The notes below the pieces were generated by a model that made no database searches, was not told where the DNA came from, and saw only the letters and a program-made list of their open reading frames with translations. Shown here in pieces: positions 24,464 through 37,704 of a stretch of DNA of 64,000 nt (the first letter of the stretch is position 1; every line of letters starts with the position of its first letter). This stretch comes from Elsinoe ampelina (Eukaryota), in NCBI GenBank assembly GCA_010093995.1, contig ML992501.1, positions 1,270,566 to 1,334,565 on the forward strand, read 5' to 3'. Made by a program: the position numbers and the translations under genes.

Positions 24464-26782
24464 TCACTCCTCCGTTCTGAGTTCGTCTCTGTTCGCTGGG
24501 CTCGTCCCTAATCCGCTATCTGTCTTTGACTCCCTCCTAACCATACCTAGAGGGCTTCTGGGCTTCTCTGATTGAGCTCGAAGTACCGCTTGACGAGATC
24601 TGGCGTCACTAAAGCTATTCTGATCTAGCCCAGGTCGCGATGGTGCGGGCGTTTGCGGCATCGGCGAACTCCTTGTGGATGATGGTCTTGGTCTCATGTG
24701 ACGCATGGACGGAGAGGGCGAGCTCCTGTACCTGCTGTTTGACTGCGGTGGCGTCTCGACTGACGGTCTGGCGAGGTCAGGTAGCCACTCTCGATTGCTG
24801 TAGTCATCGTAGTACTCTTCCTGACGTGGCGATGATCCAGCATGTGCAATGTACTCTTCACCACGGCGCTTCAGCGGCGATTCATCATACGGATCGAACC
24901 CTAACCGTAGTCGAGCATCCCGTCGAACACGCTGTCGATACTCGGCATTAGGTCCGGCACCAGTAGTGGACGAGTCCTCCAAGAAGAAATTGAGAAGCTC
25001 GTCTTCTATGGTCAAGTGGGATGCTTGTCTGAATTGCTGCAATGCCGTAAGACGGATGAGCATCTCCAGAAGAGACAAAGACGTCTTGATTGGAGTCTGT
25101 GCCAGCTTTGTGGATGCATTTCCCGCTAATGAAGTCTTCACAGCAGGTGACTGGTCTGGGGTGGCGTTGAGGTCAAGACGAGAGAGCCCATTCGTGACCC
25201 TGCTATCGGTAGAGTCCTCCCTTCCGACACTGGTTCGGGATGAAGACTGTTCCGCTGCAGAATAATCGAGGTCCGACTCGTCCTCGCTGTCAGGTTGTTC
25301 CGTGTACACTTCAAAGGCGATCCATTCTGGATCGAGATCTTGAGGAAGCTTCCACGCTGCGCGCTGGCTCTGGTTTTGCGGCGCCGTTTCACCATGCAAT
25401 GTAGACTCACGACGGATCTGAGCATCAATATCGTTCTGGTCATCGACTGGATGGGGCAAATCGGCGGTGTCGTTGTTTTCGTCATCGCTTGCTGCGTCAT
25501 CGGACGCCTGCCGCTCCATCATTCGTCTTGGTGGTTCGGCATGTATGTCACGCTTCAGCAACAGCACCGGGCTATTTGTCTCGCCTTCCGAGCCGATGTT
25601 GAGAATTTTGCCAGTATCGGCGTAAAAGATCTTTGAGATCTGATGAATGGGGATGACATCTCGGATACCAGCGTTCGAGACCCCGTCAAATGGACCTGGT
25701 TGCATTTCTCCGTCATCAAAGGTGTGTACGCGATCGTCATCGAGGTCCTCAATCAGCAATAATTGGTACGAGAATTCGCCTGCAGCATCTTCAGCTGGGA
25801 TTGTATCGCCGTTGTGCCCATCTGCACTTCTGGTTCCAGGAACGTCGTACAGCTGATCGATAGGAAGGCGAACAAGTTTAACTCGTGCTTTGTGGATGAC
25901 TTCCTTCCAGGTCGTGGCCCGAATGTCCTCGTCATCTTGCGGTCTCCAAGCATGGCCTGCAAACAGCATGTACATGGAGAGGACATGGACAGGACCGACT
26001 TGCACTCGCTCAACGCGACCCTCTGCATACTGTGCATCTGTAGCAGTGAGAAGCGTGCTTGCTTGCAGCAGCCTGGAAGGTGACACCGTAGCCGGTAGAT
26101 TCGTGCTCAAATTGACCCCGGATGTGGTAATGGCCAGATTGATCAGTGGTACAGCATCTTCGATCCGCGTCAGAAGTCTTCGCATATCTGCAATGACCAA
26201 CTGAAGTTCGAGCTCATTCTGCTCCCTTGACTTGGCCCGCGGACTTCGGCGGCGCAGTAGTTCCTCCTCGTTGGCAGCGTTCGAAAGTCGGACTCCGAGA
26301 CTCTGGATTTCAAATCGAAGTTCTTTGGTAAGCTCGACTGCCGACTCAAGAGATGTGTTCCCGCGAGCTGCTCTGGGAAGTGTTAGTAGGGCATCTATCA
26401 GACGTGGATGCCTAGCCTACATCAATTCTATCATATCGATTGCTGGAGAAATGATCTAGAACATCATTAGAGCACGAAATCGTGGTTTGTTCGTGCGCAC
26501 CTACACGAATCTTGCTCTCCAACCTGATTTGCAGATTCCGCAAATCGTTCTTACTGCCACCCTTGGGCGTGGAGCTAAGCAGGCGGGCACACTGCTTCAT
26601 GGCATAGCCGCCTGTGACGGCAACGCCGGAGCTACGGATCGTTAGCGTTGAGCAGTCGTGATATACAGGGTGTGCTTACCGGATCGCATAATTGATCGCC
26701 TGCTGCGTGACCTGTTCGAGTTCAGTCGACCCTTCGCATTAATGTGATAGAATGAATTTACCTTGTTCAGAAGAACGTCCAT
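24464..26782 (-). CDS. YRB30: RanGTP-binding protein Yrb30
   Basis: Spliced N-terminus MDVLLNK/VTQQAINYAIR/SGVAVTGGYA; motifs RIEDAVPLINLAITTSG, WKEVIHKA, ISKIFY and LSLLEMLIRLTALQ. Several short 5' introns. Confidence 0.88.
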
Positions 26783-27113
26783 CTTGGCCGCAGCAAACAG
26801 ACTGTATCTGCAATGGGCTTCTGATCGAAAGTCCTGTCATCATTCTGCTCCATGTTCTGACATGATGTGGTGTTTGACAAGTCTCCAACACGTGAAGCCG
26901 AACGCGCTTCCGAAAGAGGAAAGATGATGGATGACATAATTTTGGGCTGCGCCGAAATACATCCCACTTCTCTTCTTCCACACCACACTTCTCTGCTCAC
27001 TTCTCCTTTTCAATTTCGCAAACCACATAGCGTCCTTCCAGAAGCACACCGGAACCTACAAATCTCACTTTCGACCACACCTGACCTCTATCAACCCCAC
27101 CTACCACCCCACC

Positions 27114-27767
27114 ATGGCGGGCAAAAAGGGCGCCGAAAACACCAAAAAGGTCGCCGGCAACGCAAAGAAAGCCGAAGCAGCAGCCAACAAGCAAGCCGCA
27201 GCAGACGCCAAAGCCGCCGCCGCCGAAGCCCAACAATGGCAAAAGGGCGCAAAAGACAACTCCAAAGCCAGCGCAGCAGCCGACAAAGCCGCCGAAGCAG
27301 CCCGGAAGAAGGCCGAGAAGGCCGCTCTCCTCGCCGAGGAAGAAGCCAGCCTCCCCAGCAAGCCTAGCAAGGCGCCACCGAAGAAAGTCTCGCGCGGCCT
27401 CGACCTCTCAGGCCTCGACGCGCCGAGCAGCAAGAAGGAGATTTCGGCGCTGAACGCCTCGGGGATAGACAATGCGTTGGACGCGCTGAGTCTGACGGGG
27501 AGTGGAGCGGGGGACAAGATTGATCGGCATCCGGAGAGGAGGTTCAAGGCTGCCTATGCGGCGTATGAGGAGCGGAGGTTGGAGGAGATGAAGGATGAGA
27601 AGGGACTGAGGAGGCAGCAGAAGGTGGACCAGATACGGAAGGAATTTGAGAAGCACCCTGATAATCCATTCAATCAGGTGCATGCTAGTTTTGATGCGAG
27701 TAAGGAGGAGCTCAAGGAGATGAGGGAGAAGGAGAGGAGTAAGATTGAGGGGAGGCTGGGGAGTTGA
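27114..27767 (+). CDS. CCDC124: CCDC124/Lso2/Oxs1-family ribosome-associated coiled-coil protein
   Basis: Motifs ENTKKVAGNAKKAE, DRHPERRFKAAY and FEKHPDNPFNQ. Confidence 0.92.
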   Translation: MAGKKGAENTKKVAGNAKKAEAAANKQAAADAKAAAAEAQQWQKGAKDNSKASAAADKAAEAARKKAEKAALLAEEEASLPSKPSKAPPKKVSRGLDLSGLDAPSSKKEISALNASGIDNALDALSLTGSGAGDKIDRHPERRFKAAYAAYEERRLEEMKDEKGLRRQQKVDQIRKEFEKHPDNPFNQVHASFDASKEELKEMREKERSKIEGRLGS

Positions 27768-28246
27768 GGTTGTGGCAGGTGGGAAGCAAATGATTCTACC
27801 ACAACGTTAGAGGATAGCGATCGGACTCGCACGAGTGAAGGCGCAGAAGCGCCGACATACGGAGACGACAGACGACGAGGTTCAAGAGCCATCTCGGATG
27901 TTGCCAAAGCCGCTAGTATACTGTGCTGCGAACTAGATCATACGACACCTAGATCATAGACTTGAGACTTCTCATATTCGCGGCATCTATCTATCCTGCA
28001 TAGGCCGCCTGTCATTCATAGCGATCGACATATCGATCCTCATAGATCGGTGGGGTATTACGCACACCTATTAATACATCTCCTCCCCGGGAGAGGTAGG
28101 AACGAAAAATCATGCCCCGAACACCTTCTAAATCATGTCCCAACCCGTCTCTTCGTGTATATTCGCGAGTCGTTCTGCGCAGCATCCATCTGCCACGTCT
28201 CGAGGCGTATCGCATTCTCGTCATCCATCAACCAGCTCTTCCACGT

Positions 28247-29739
28247 CTAAACAGCACCCTCCTTCTTCTGCTCCGCGATACGCTGCCTGATGGCCTCACC
28301 AGGGTGAAAGAACTGGTAGAAGCCGAACCACCTCTCATTGATAGGCGACACGCCAGTATACATGAAGATGTCGTACAAAACACCTCCAGTAGTGCAACCG
28401 AGGAAGGGCGCAACCATAGGTATCTATTCTCGTTAGTCCCACACTCGACCGCACAGAAGCAACAGGTCCAACGTACCCAAAAGTAGTAATTCGCGGCCGA
28501 CCACACCCCCTCGTACCCAACAGCATGAGTGAACAATCTCGGACCAAAATCACGCGCGAGATTGATCGCGAAACCAGTCTGCCAGCCGAAGCAGCTCGCG
28601 ATACCGAACATGAGGAAGAACAGCGCCAGCGGGAACCAGTTCCCATCGCCCCTGGCGACGCCGCGATTGCTGTTATCCTGCAGCGCGAAGATGACGAACA
28701 TCAGGATCGCCGAGGCGATGAATTCCGAGAAGAACTGGTTTGTGCGCGTCACGAACGACTGTGGATACGTCGCGAAGATTCCCGCCGTGGCGGTGGGAGA
28801 GGGGGTGACTGTGCGGATGCCTCTGCCTTCGTAGTTGTCGATTGCCGAGTAGTAATTCGCATAAATAACGCCGGCAGCGCAGAAGCCACCCAGGGTTTGC
28901 GCGACCATGTAGATAGGGAAGCGACGCCAGGGGAGCTTGCGGAGGAGACAGCTGGTGAAGGTGGCGGCGGGGTTGAGGAAGCCGCCCGAGTCGCCTGCGA
29001 TGTAGACGCCGAGCATGAGGCCGATGCCGAAGCCCCATGATATCGAGGTGTATTCGCCGAAACCGTCGCCGCCGGGTGCGCTGGTTTGACCGGTTGAGAG
29101 GAGGACTTGTGCCACGGCTGCGTCGCCGAAAAGGACGAGGCAGAAGGTGCCCCAGAACTCAGCAAAAGGCTCGCGGAGGGCGAGACGGATCTTGGGCCAG
29201 AGATACTGGCTGTGGGGAGCGATGTCGTGTTCGTCTATGACGGGCGCAGTTGGGTGGAGACCGAGCACTTTGCGAGTAATGGCGAGATGCGGCGAAGATT
29301 TGATGCCTTGCGAGTCTGTGGTATTCGATCGGTGCCGACCACGAGGTTTCTCTTCTGAGTACTCTGGTACAAAGCCGACATTCTTGGTCGTTGGTGTAGG
29401 TGTGTACGGCTCGCCAAAGTCATTGGTGTAGTTTGGGGCTAGGTATACATTCTGAGGTGTAGGAGGAGGTCGTGGAAATGCATAGCGATCTTGGAGACGG
29501 CTGTTGTAGCTATCTTCATAGCGATTCTCATATCGACTTGAGCTGCCATGACCATTGCCATTGGTTGCGCGCTGCTTGATACCGGCGATTGTGTCGCTCA
29601 ATCGCTTGCCAGCTCTGTCCATATGCGTTCGTCGCTGGCCCGTGATCGGGTCGATCGAGGGGTCAGCTTGGTCGAACCATGTATTGCCCTCGAACCAATC
29701 GTGGCGGGGCTCGCGCACTTCGTATAATTGAGGGGCCAT
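28247..29739 (-). CDS. Aquaglyceroporin (MIP family) with a long N-terminal extension
   Basis: Motifs AEFWGT, GGFLNPA and AINLARDFGPR (NPA/NLA pair). A 3' intron at ~28424-28476 gives the end IPMVAPFLG...EGAV*. Confidence 0.92.
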
Positions 29740-30865
29740 CTTGTGAAAATGAGTCTAAGCAATTGCTCTTGAGAAAGGAGCAATTGGCTGTGGGAAAGAA
29801 ACGAAAACAGCGAGAGAAATGCTCTTTGTAAGTCTTTGAACGATCGACGTCTGCAGATGCTGTGGGTATTCCCAGCCAACGGAGGGTCCAGGACAAGCCT
29901 GGTGGATTGCGAAGGCTAAGAAAATGCGGGCTGGAGATGCGCAGGGATCTGCATAGCGGAGATGCAGGCTACTTATCGGATCTTCTCGTTCAGGGTTCAT
30001 CATAGCCGCCCACATGGTCACTACCGGTCGATGGTTATGATGCTCACGACTTTACCAGTGCCTGGTAAGTTGTATGGTGATCGTCGATGAAACATGGCTT
30101 CTTTGCGGCTCATTTCGCTGTGAAGTGGTTCAGAAAATGATATGACGTGCGGTGTTCCACGGTGCAGACAATGGTGCGACGCGGGAAGCTAGACCAGCGA
30201 TTTTGCTATACGATATTAGCACACCTTTCGTACAGAAAACAAGCCCTAAGTGCGATGTAAGCCTGACTGGTGCGCTACGCATATCTGATCCAGCGGATCC
30301 ACCGGAGGTTGGTAGACAGAGAAAAGCGCCATCTGCGTAGGTCGACCAGGGATGTCGTATGTCAGGTCTCGGCAGACACTGCCTCGAGCAACGGTTCTCC
30401 TTCCATGCGATCCGCGGAATTCGGTCCAGGGACGCATCAGGGACATGTCTTCCAGGGCGATTCTAGTGTGCGGAAGGCTGCGCGATGAGCTGCGAACATG
30501 AGTTTGGTGCACGAAGTGGCAGATGCGGTGGGAAAAGGAAAAAGAGGGAGGCCGGGCCGAAATGGCAGGAAGCGATTCGCGCGATTCACGTCCGGCTTCG
30601 ATGCCCACAATCCCTGCCAATTGTGGGGCAGTCCCAGCAGTCTGGTTGCAAAACAAGGAAGTTATCGACACGTCGAGCAAACCAAGCATCCTCTCTTCTC
30701 CATCGGCCCAGACAATCACCGCCTTTTCAGATGTCAAGACTGCTGATCAGCACCTGATATTCGTTGACATGCTGTAATCGTGCAGAGTAGATTGTGCTGT
30801 CTGCATAAGCTGTCTACGCATCACTGTACAGGCTTTGTCGATGCATGGAGAAAACCGGAAGACGA

Positions 30866-32273
30866 TCAGGCGAGCACAGCATTTGCCTGCTCTTCCCTTT
30901 GCGCTTCGTTCTTGCGGTCAAGAGACGGCTTTCCTGCGTAGACATCTCGCAAGACAGCCTTGATCTCTGTCAGAAAGCGGCTGACTTCATCTTCGGTCCC
31001 AACCGTGATGCGCAAACACCCTAGACAGCCAACTTCCTTGCCGCGGAAGCGAACCACAACTCCACGCGACTCTGCCAGCCTCTCGTATACGCCTAGCGCG
31101 ACTTCATTGCTAGGGTTTCCGCCCGCCTGATCAAGCATCTCCACCAGCAAGAAGTTGCTTTCGCGTCCTCCACGGAACCTGCCAATGCCTGGTATTTGCG
31201 GTAATTCCTTGAGCATGCGTTCGCGTTGGTTGATGATTTTGGTACGATTCTCCCTCATGACGGCCAAGTTGTTCTCTTTGAGAGCGGCCTGGGCAATCTG
31301 CGATGTTGGGTTGGAGATGTTGTATGGTGCTTTGAGATTGTTCAGCAATGCTGCGATCTCTGGCGATGTGAATGCTGCTCCCAGACGAATACCTGCTAGA
31401 CCGAAGGCTTTCGAAAGTGTCTGCATGACCACCAGGTTTGGCCACTCGGATACCCACTCGGCCAGACTTGCATCTTGTGGCGCAAAGTCAATGTACGCCT
31501 CGTCCAGAATGACCACACCGTTCCAGGTAGGGTGCTCCAGGATTTTTTGCACGTCTTCTTTGCGGACTAAATTCGCTGTTGGATTACCAGGTGAGCAGAC
31601 GTATACTAGCTTGATCGAAGCGTCTTGCGACAGCTTCTCGTTGATGAGATTGGGCTGTAATTGAAACCCATTCTGAACATCGAGCGGTACCTTGACAACT
31701 TCTACATCATTGACCTGAGCTGAGACCGAGTACATGCCGTATGTGGGAGGGCAGGTCAGAATCTTGTCCTGACCAGGTCTGCAAAATGCTCGAATGAGAG
31801 CATCGATTGCTTCGTCCGAACCAACGCCAACGAAGAGATTCTCCGCAGTGATGTTCTTCGATGTATGAGCGTGCTTGTTTCTGAGCTTACAGAGAAGCTC
31901 TTTCAGGTCTTCTTGATGACTGTGATACGGTCAGAATGCTGCAGCATCTTTACTCTAGACGCCACTTACGGGTCAGGATAGCGGTTTAATCCCAAAAAGT
32001 CCACCTGGGGATTCGAAGATGCCGTCCCATTTGCGGGCCCATTCGTGTAGTTGCCATTCGAGAGTGCAAGTCCAGGTCCGTAAGCATTCTCATTGGCATC
32101 TAGAAGGATGTTTGTGCCGTCGTCTTTGTAGTCACTGGCCCACATTAGCCATTACACTTTGTACCATTTCGGACAGTCATATGATCGTACTCTCTAGCGC
32201 ATCGATACGGTTCCAGCGCCAGAATATTTGGTCTTGCGCATGTTGACAGATTGAAGGCACTCTGTGTCGTCAT
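30866..32273 (-). CDS. HIS5: Histidinol-phosphate aminotransferase
   Basis: Motifs LEPYRCAR, LDANEN, GVGSDEAID, CSPGNPT, DEAYIDF and TLSKAFGLAGIRLG; two 5' introns. Confidence 0.96.
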
Positions 32274-32913
32274 CTTATGTGCTTGCCAGTTTATGTCTGA
32301 GAAACATTTTTTGATTCAGAAAGTGAATGTACTGGTGAGTCAAGGGTCCGATCTGTGGAGATGCGGCTCTGCGCGGGAGAACTTCACATGCTCGTCCATC
32401 TCTCTCAAAACTACCCACCATTCTATCTGGAATCTTATCGCAATCTATGTCCCGAGCCAGATCGCTAGATTGAGAGTTGTGTAAGTACCGCAAGCTTTAG
32501 CATGTAGAAACACCTGAGCATGTCACGTGCATCGTTGACCTGCGCAGACGGTTTCGGAGGCTCCCGAAACCTTATTTGGGCCAAATTTGGTCATCAGGCA
32601 GAAGACACAGCCGGGGTCCACCAAGTTTCGGAGACACATGTCGCAGTCACGAACGCACCTCACACAACATCTCGAGCTTTCTGACACCAAGTGACGAGGG
32701 ACGCGCCGACCAGTATTCCTTACGCAGTCCCGCGAGTCCATACCCTCAATCCCTCTGCATGGCAATGCCGCACCTCCGCCAGCATTAGCCTGTATCTTAT
32801 CGCCGTGCAGCCGCTGACAATTTTCAACGCGCTTGCTTCAAGCACGTCCCGATCTCTGCCACCTTCCTGCAACTCCAGCATCATCTGGACTGAATTGAGA
32901 AGCATTGTTGAAG

Positions 32914-34196
32914 ATGTCTGCTTCACAATACCCAATTCCGCCGACTCCGAGAGTCATCTCACCATCGCCGACGCCTTCCGAAAGAAGCGGTAAAGATGGA
33001 TACTTTGCACAAGCCTCGAACGCGCGTTTCTCTTCGCCAGATCCTATCTCGGAGGATGGAGAGCCGCATGACCCTGAATTATCGCGCGCAAGGTCAAGGA
33101 GTCGAAGTCCGGCGTTGGCCAAGAGAGGCTCTGTAAGGCTGGATGGCATGACACCCATTGTCGAGAAGACTGGTCTGTCCAACGGCACTGCGAAGCCAAC
33201 ACGGCGGAAAGCAGAGACTTTGGGAAGAAAGAGCAGCAGCAGTGGTCTGCTCAAGCCGTCCAGCGCCGGAGGATATGGAAGAAACTTCTGGAGGGAGCTA
33301 AGCCGAAGCCCAAGTCCGCTTGGCTTGATACCTATACACCGCGAGTGGAGGACCTTTGTAAGACACTTTGTCAGGACACCGTTGATGAAGTGTTCGTTGA
33401 CTTTGGACCAGGTGCACAAGCATGAAATATCTCGAAAGGTCTTACATGTTGCGATTGGTTTCCTCACTCTGGCGCTCTATGCGTTCGGTAAACAGCCAGG
33501 CGACATACATACAGTCCTTCTCACCCTGCTCATACCTATCTTCCTAGTAGATGTTGTAAGACTAAACTATGCGTAAGTCTGCATCGTCAGGATATCTGCC
33601 GCTCGTTCTGACACCGCTCCAGCCCATTCAATCGATTCTACATCAAGGTTCTCGGCGCTTTCATGCGCGAGTCCGAAGCACACGACAAGTACAACGGTGT
33701 CATATCATATCTCGCAGGGGTCTGGGCAGTCATGTACTTCTGCCCTAAGGATGTTGCAGTCCTCTCAGTGCTCCTCCTCTCGTGGTGTGATACAGCCGCC
33801 TCTACCTTTGGCAGACTATACGGACGTTACACGCCACGGATACGGAAAGGAAAGTCGCTCGCTGGTTCACTTGCCGCGTGCGCTTTTGGTGTTGCTGCTG
33901 CGCTCCTGTTCTACCTCGTCTTTGCACCAATGGTCCCAGAGTCATTGAATTCTGGACCAAATCGCTTCGCTTTTGATGGTCACTTGACCCTTCCTCAGAC
34001 CGCGAGGAAACAGCTCGGCCTCAGTAGAACCGAGACCACTATTACTGGACCGATGGCTTTGGCAGTGGTCAGCATGGTAGCGGGTCTCGTGGCAAGTGCC
34101 TCCGAGGCCATTGATTTCTTTGGATTTGACGACAACCTTACGATACCCATTTTCTGCGGCCTTGGTTTGGGCGCGTTTTTCAAAGCATTCCAGTAG
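32914..34196 (+). CDS. DGK1: CTP-dependent diacylglycerol kinase
   Basis: Motifs HKHEISRKVLH, MRESE..YNGV, LLSWCDTAAS, GKSLAGS and DDNLTIP. Introns at ~33358-33411 and ~33573-33622. Confidence 0.93.
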
Positions 34197-34537
34197 ATAC
34201 AAGTACACCTAATGACACGGCCTCTCCTCTACAATTGCCGCGAATTATTTGACGTCGAAAATTAACCTCAGAATGACTCGCGAGCTTCACATGTCGGCAA
34301 ATGTCTCGACAACCGCAGGGCCGAGGTGGATGATCTTGCCCGAGAATGTGGTCAAAGCTCCACAAACCCCCCATCTCCAAGACCACGCGCGAAAGGGACA
34401 GGGACCGATCACGACGGCATCACGCCCAACGCATCTCACACTTATTCCCTCTTCTCCCAATCAACCTCTGAGCCATCTACCACCACGCACCGTACCATCC
34501 TCACCATCGTACCATTGAGCTACCAGACACTCCCATC

Positions 34538-35364
34538 ATGGTCGCCGACGCCCTCGTCTACCACCCCAAGGTGACGCACTTCAACAACTTTGTCGCAACG
34601 ACAGGTAAGCTGCTCCTCTTCGAGCCATCCGCGCAGGAGCTCACTAATCCCCCTCAGTCGGCCGCGACAAGGCCCTCCGCACCGTGCAATACTTCTCACG
34701 CTTCCTCTCCTTCTACCTCTACCGCCAAAACTACCCCCAATCCACCGTCTCCCAATTCACCGCCCTCAAAACCAACCTCGCCCTCGTCCGCAAATGCCTC
34801 CGCATCGGCAAATTCGTCGAACACCTGCGCGCCGCGGCACTCGCCTTCGACTCCAAAACCATGGACCCAGTGCTCAAGTACCTCGCCGTGGCGCGCCAGC
34901 TGGGCTACGCGGGTTATCTATTCAGTGACATGCTCACGTATCTCGATGCGGCAAAGGTGAGGCCGAATGCGGGCGTGAAGGAGTTGCAGAGGCAGGCGTA
35001 TCAGTTTTGGGCGCTGGGGTTGGGCGCGAGTGTGCTTAGTGGGGGGTATTCGTTGTGGAAGATTCAGACGGAGAATAGGCGGGTGGTGGAGGGGCAGGGG
35101 ACGGATGCGGAGAAGAAGGTCGAGGGGAAGAGGGTGTTGAGGTATGGTTTTCCGTGGGAGGCAAGGAGGACACTTTTGCTAACGAGGTGTAGGGACAGGA
35201 CTGCTGCGACTCAGCAGTTGATCTCAGATTTGTGCGATTTGACTGTGCCTTCTAGTGCGCTTGGGTGGGCGGATTTGGACGATGGACTTGTTGGTCTAGC
35301 TGGTACTGTCAGCTCACTTATTGCTCTCAACACACAGTGGAGGAAGACTGCGCCGCCGTCGTAA
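34538..35364 (+). CDS. PEX11: Peroxin 11
   Basis: Motifs MVADALVYHP, GRDKALRTVQY, RKCLRIGKFVEH and DDGLVGLAG. Introns at 34605-34657 and ~35142-35192. Confidence 0.95.
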
Positions 35365-35491
35365 GATGTTCTTGTTTCATTCTCGCAATTTGGTCATTCC
35401 GAAGATATCCGGGTCTAGAATGCAACACATGATCAATACTGTTTTCCTCAATCCCCTGTATCCGCTGCCCGATGCTCTCATGCCGCCGTTA

Positions 35492-37282
35492 TCATATCTT
35501 GTAGAAGCAAAAGGCATGGTAAAAACTGGCCGCCTCCATCTCGTCGGCAGAGACCAAGAACTTCCCGTCCCTGCTTCTCACACCCATCTTGTCTGCCAAG
35601 AACGACAATTCCCTGTCGTCTTTGTTGTCTTCCCAGATCTCGCTGAAGCTCTTCCTGAACTGCAACTCCAGCCCGTATTCTTCCGCTAATGCACGGAATC
35701 CTTCCCACGGCACCACGTATTCCGGCACGTCGACGGCTTCTTCGAGATAGAAGAAGTATTTCCACCCATACGGGGGCCGAAACACACCATCCGTTGGTAG
35801 AGACCGAGCTTGCGTGAACTTGACCTTGTAGATCGAGTTGCCCCATTCCAACGGAAGGAGATCAGCTGGTGGCTTCGTGGCATGTCCATTCGTGGCAAGT
35901 TGCTCGGCTGACTTCTCAGCGGGCTTCTCAGGATCCCAATCATCATCGTCCGCTACCGGAGCGGAGGGCTTCTCAGGATCCCAATCATCATCGTCCGCTA
36001 CCGGAGCGGAGGGCTTCTCAGGATCCCAGTCATCGTCATCGGCTGCTGCGATGGGTTTCTCCGGACCCCAAGAGTCGTCTGCGCCGCCGGAAGGCTTTTC
36101 TGGATCCCAATCGTCGTCGTCAGCAGCAGCCGAAGGCTTCTCCGGATCCCAGTCGTCGTCGTACATAGACTTCTCCTCCACAGGCTTCTTTGGGCTGGAT
36201 GCTTTCTCGCCCTTCAGGTGGACCTTGAGATGCTTCTCCACGTGCGCGCTAAGAACGTCGCTATTCGGCATGACACCGAGGAAGCGACCACCTTTCTTTA
36301 GCGCACCTGCGACATTCTTCAGCATGCCTCTGGCTTTTTCTTCACTCTCGAAGCTGTAGTGCAAGCAGAACATCATACTGATGATGTCGAAACCACCGCG
36401 TGCGAAGCGGCCTTGTACAACTCCATTGGCGTCGGGACCAGCATTCGGGTCGAAGCCGACTTGTTGGATGATGGGAAGACGGCCGATAGACTCCCCGAAG
36501 CAATCTTGTACAAAGAAGTGAGCTTCATAGACGTCGCGCCCTCTTCCCTGTCCTCCGCCGTACCCTCCTCTACCTCGACCAGGTGGTCTTCGCTGCTTCC
36601 TACGCATCTCCTCATACCTTTCACGTGCCTGCTCGATACTGACCTGTGCCGGATCGATCCCAACGTACAGCGTCGGAGCTTGTGGTGCAGCAGCCCACTT
36701 TTGTAGATCTCCTCCCTTACCGCAGCCAATATCCAGCACAAGTAGCTCCTGAACAGGTATATCTGGTTGCGAGAACTTCTGGATGAGTGCCGACTTCACC
36801 CAGTTGTTGAAGCTCCTCAAACCACGAATATTCGAGTCTGTCTTCCGCCATTCCCGACCCCTCTGCGGAACGAGGTTGTAATGATTCGAGACCAAGTCGC
36901 CATTTGATCTCGCAGCGATTGCTCGCCTCTCCTCATCCTCCCTCTGTCTTCTACGTTCCTCGGCAGCAGCTTTGGCAGCTGGATCGATTCGTGCACCTCC
37001 ACCCGGGCGTTTGCGCTGAGTAGCAGCTTCCCGTGGTGGCGAGCGGGGCGGAGAAGGGTCGCGCTGAAGCGGGCGTGTAGACGATGAAAGAGGGCTGCGG
37101 GCACGTTTGCTCGGTCTGACGGAAGACTCGAGAATGCGCTTCTTCGAATTGGGTTTGCCTCCCGGCTGGAGGTCTGTAGAGCCGGGGGTGTTATTGCCTG
37201 GCGTACCAGATCCTTCACGATGTCCATCATCTGTAGGAGAACGGCGGCGCTTGATTGGTCGTGCACCATCTGCTGGAGGCAT
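35492..37282 (-). CDS. ABD1: mRNA cap guanine-N7 methyltransferase
   Basis: Motifs LRSFNNWVKS, VLDIGCGKGGDLQKW, MFCLHYSFESE and VPEYVVPW. Confidence 0.96.
   Translation of the reverse strand: MPPADGARPIKRRRSPTDDGHREGSGTPGNNTPGSTDLQPGGKPNSKKRILESSVRPSKRARSPLSSSTRPLQRDPSPPRSPPREAATQRKRPGGGARIDPAAKAAAEERRRQREDEERRAIAARSNGDLVSNHYNLVPQRGREWRKTDSNIRGLRSFNNWVKSALIQKFSQPDIPVQELLVLDIGCGKGGDLQKWAAAPQAPTLYVGIDPAQVSIEQARERYEEMRRKQRRPPGRGRGGYGGGQGRGRDVYEAHFFVQDCFGESIGRLPIIQQVGFDPNAGPDANGVVQGRFARGGFDIISMMFCLHYSFESEEKARGMLKNVAGALKKGGRFLGVMPNSDVLSAHVEKHLKVHLKGEKASSPKKPVEEKSMYDDDWDPEKPSAAADDDDWDPEKPSGGADDSWGPEKPIAAADDDDWDPEKPSAPVADDDDWDPEKPSAPVADDDDWDPEKPAEKSAEQLATNGHATKPPADLLPLEWGNSIYKVKFTQARSLPTDGVFRPPYGWKYFFYLEEAVDVPEYVVPWEGFRALAEEYGLELQFRKSFSEIWEDNKDDRELSFLADKMGVRSRDGKFLVSADEMEAASFYHAFCFYKI
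35922..36160 (-). repeat. Coding minisatellite: six DDD(D)WDPEKP units
   Basis: Six units of 39-45 bp; two adjacent 45-bp units are nearly identical at DNA level. Confidence 0.92.
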
Positions 37283-37545
37283 CTTCGGGGTAGTTCCAGC
37301 TCTGATGTCAAGTTGGAAGTAGTGGAATATGAATTCTTTCAACACTCAGCCAGAAATTTTAAGGAGCGTGGTTTCTAGAAGTGAAAGACGCCTTGGAATG
37401 CAGATGCAAACGATGTCCTCGATCTGAATGCGAAAAGAGCAGATGTTGGTGCTACGATGAAGTGAAAGCTCCTTGATGTGCTCACTCGCGGCTCGCCGGC
37501 CCGCATCTCCGTACGTGATCAGCTTGAGCTCGTGCCTGAGCTTCA

Positions 37546-37552
37546 TGCCACC
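37546..37552 (-). promoter_or_regulatory. Possible Rpn4/PACE-like core GGTGGCA upstream of RPN7
   Basis: TGCCACC lies ~150 bp upstream of a proteasome gene; only a 7-bp match. Confidence 0.3.
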
Positions 37553-37704
37553 ACATACGTACCGAATCATCACAATCAATCCGCTCAACTCAAGTACAAG
37601 CCTTAAAAGTTATTTGCGAGACCCAGCAGACCTGTTCAGTAACCTGGGCACGAACCAAGCCGTCCTGAAATAAATAAAGACAGCTTGCAGCAGCGCCAGT
37701 AACG

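Noticed and set aside
28560..28580. Non-canonical NLA second motif in the aquaglyceroporin as a novelty
   Set aside because: NLA is an established variant in fungal Fps1-type aquaglyceroporins.
35922..36160. CRISPR-like repeat array
   Set aside because: Eukaryotic context; the repeats are in-frame coding units with no unique spacers or cas genes.
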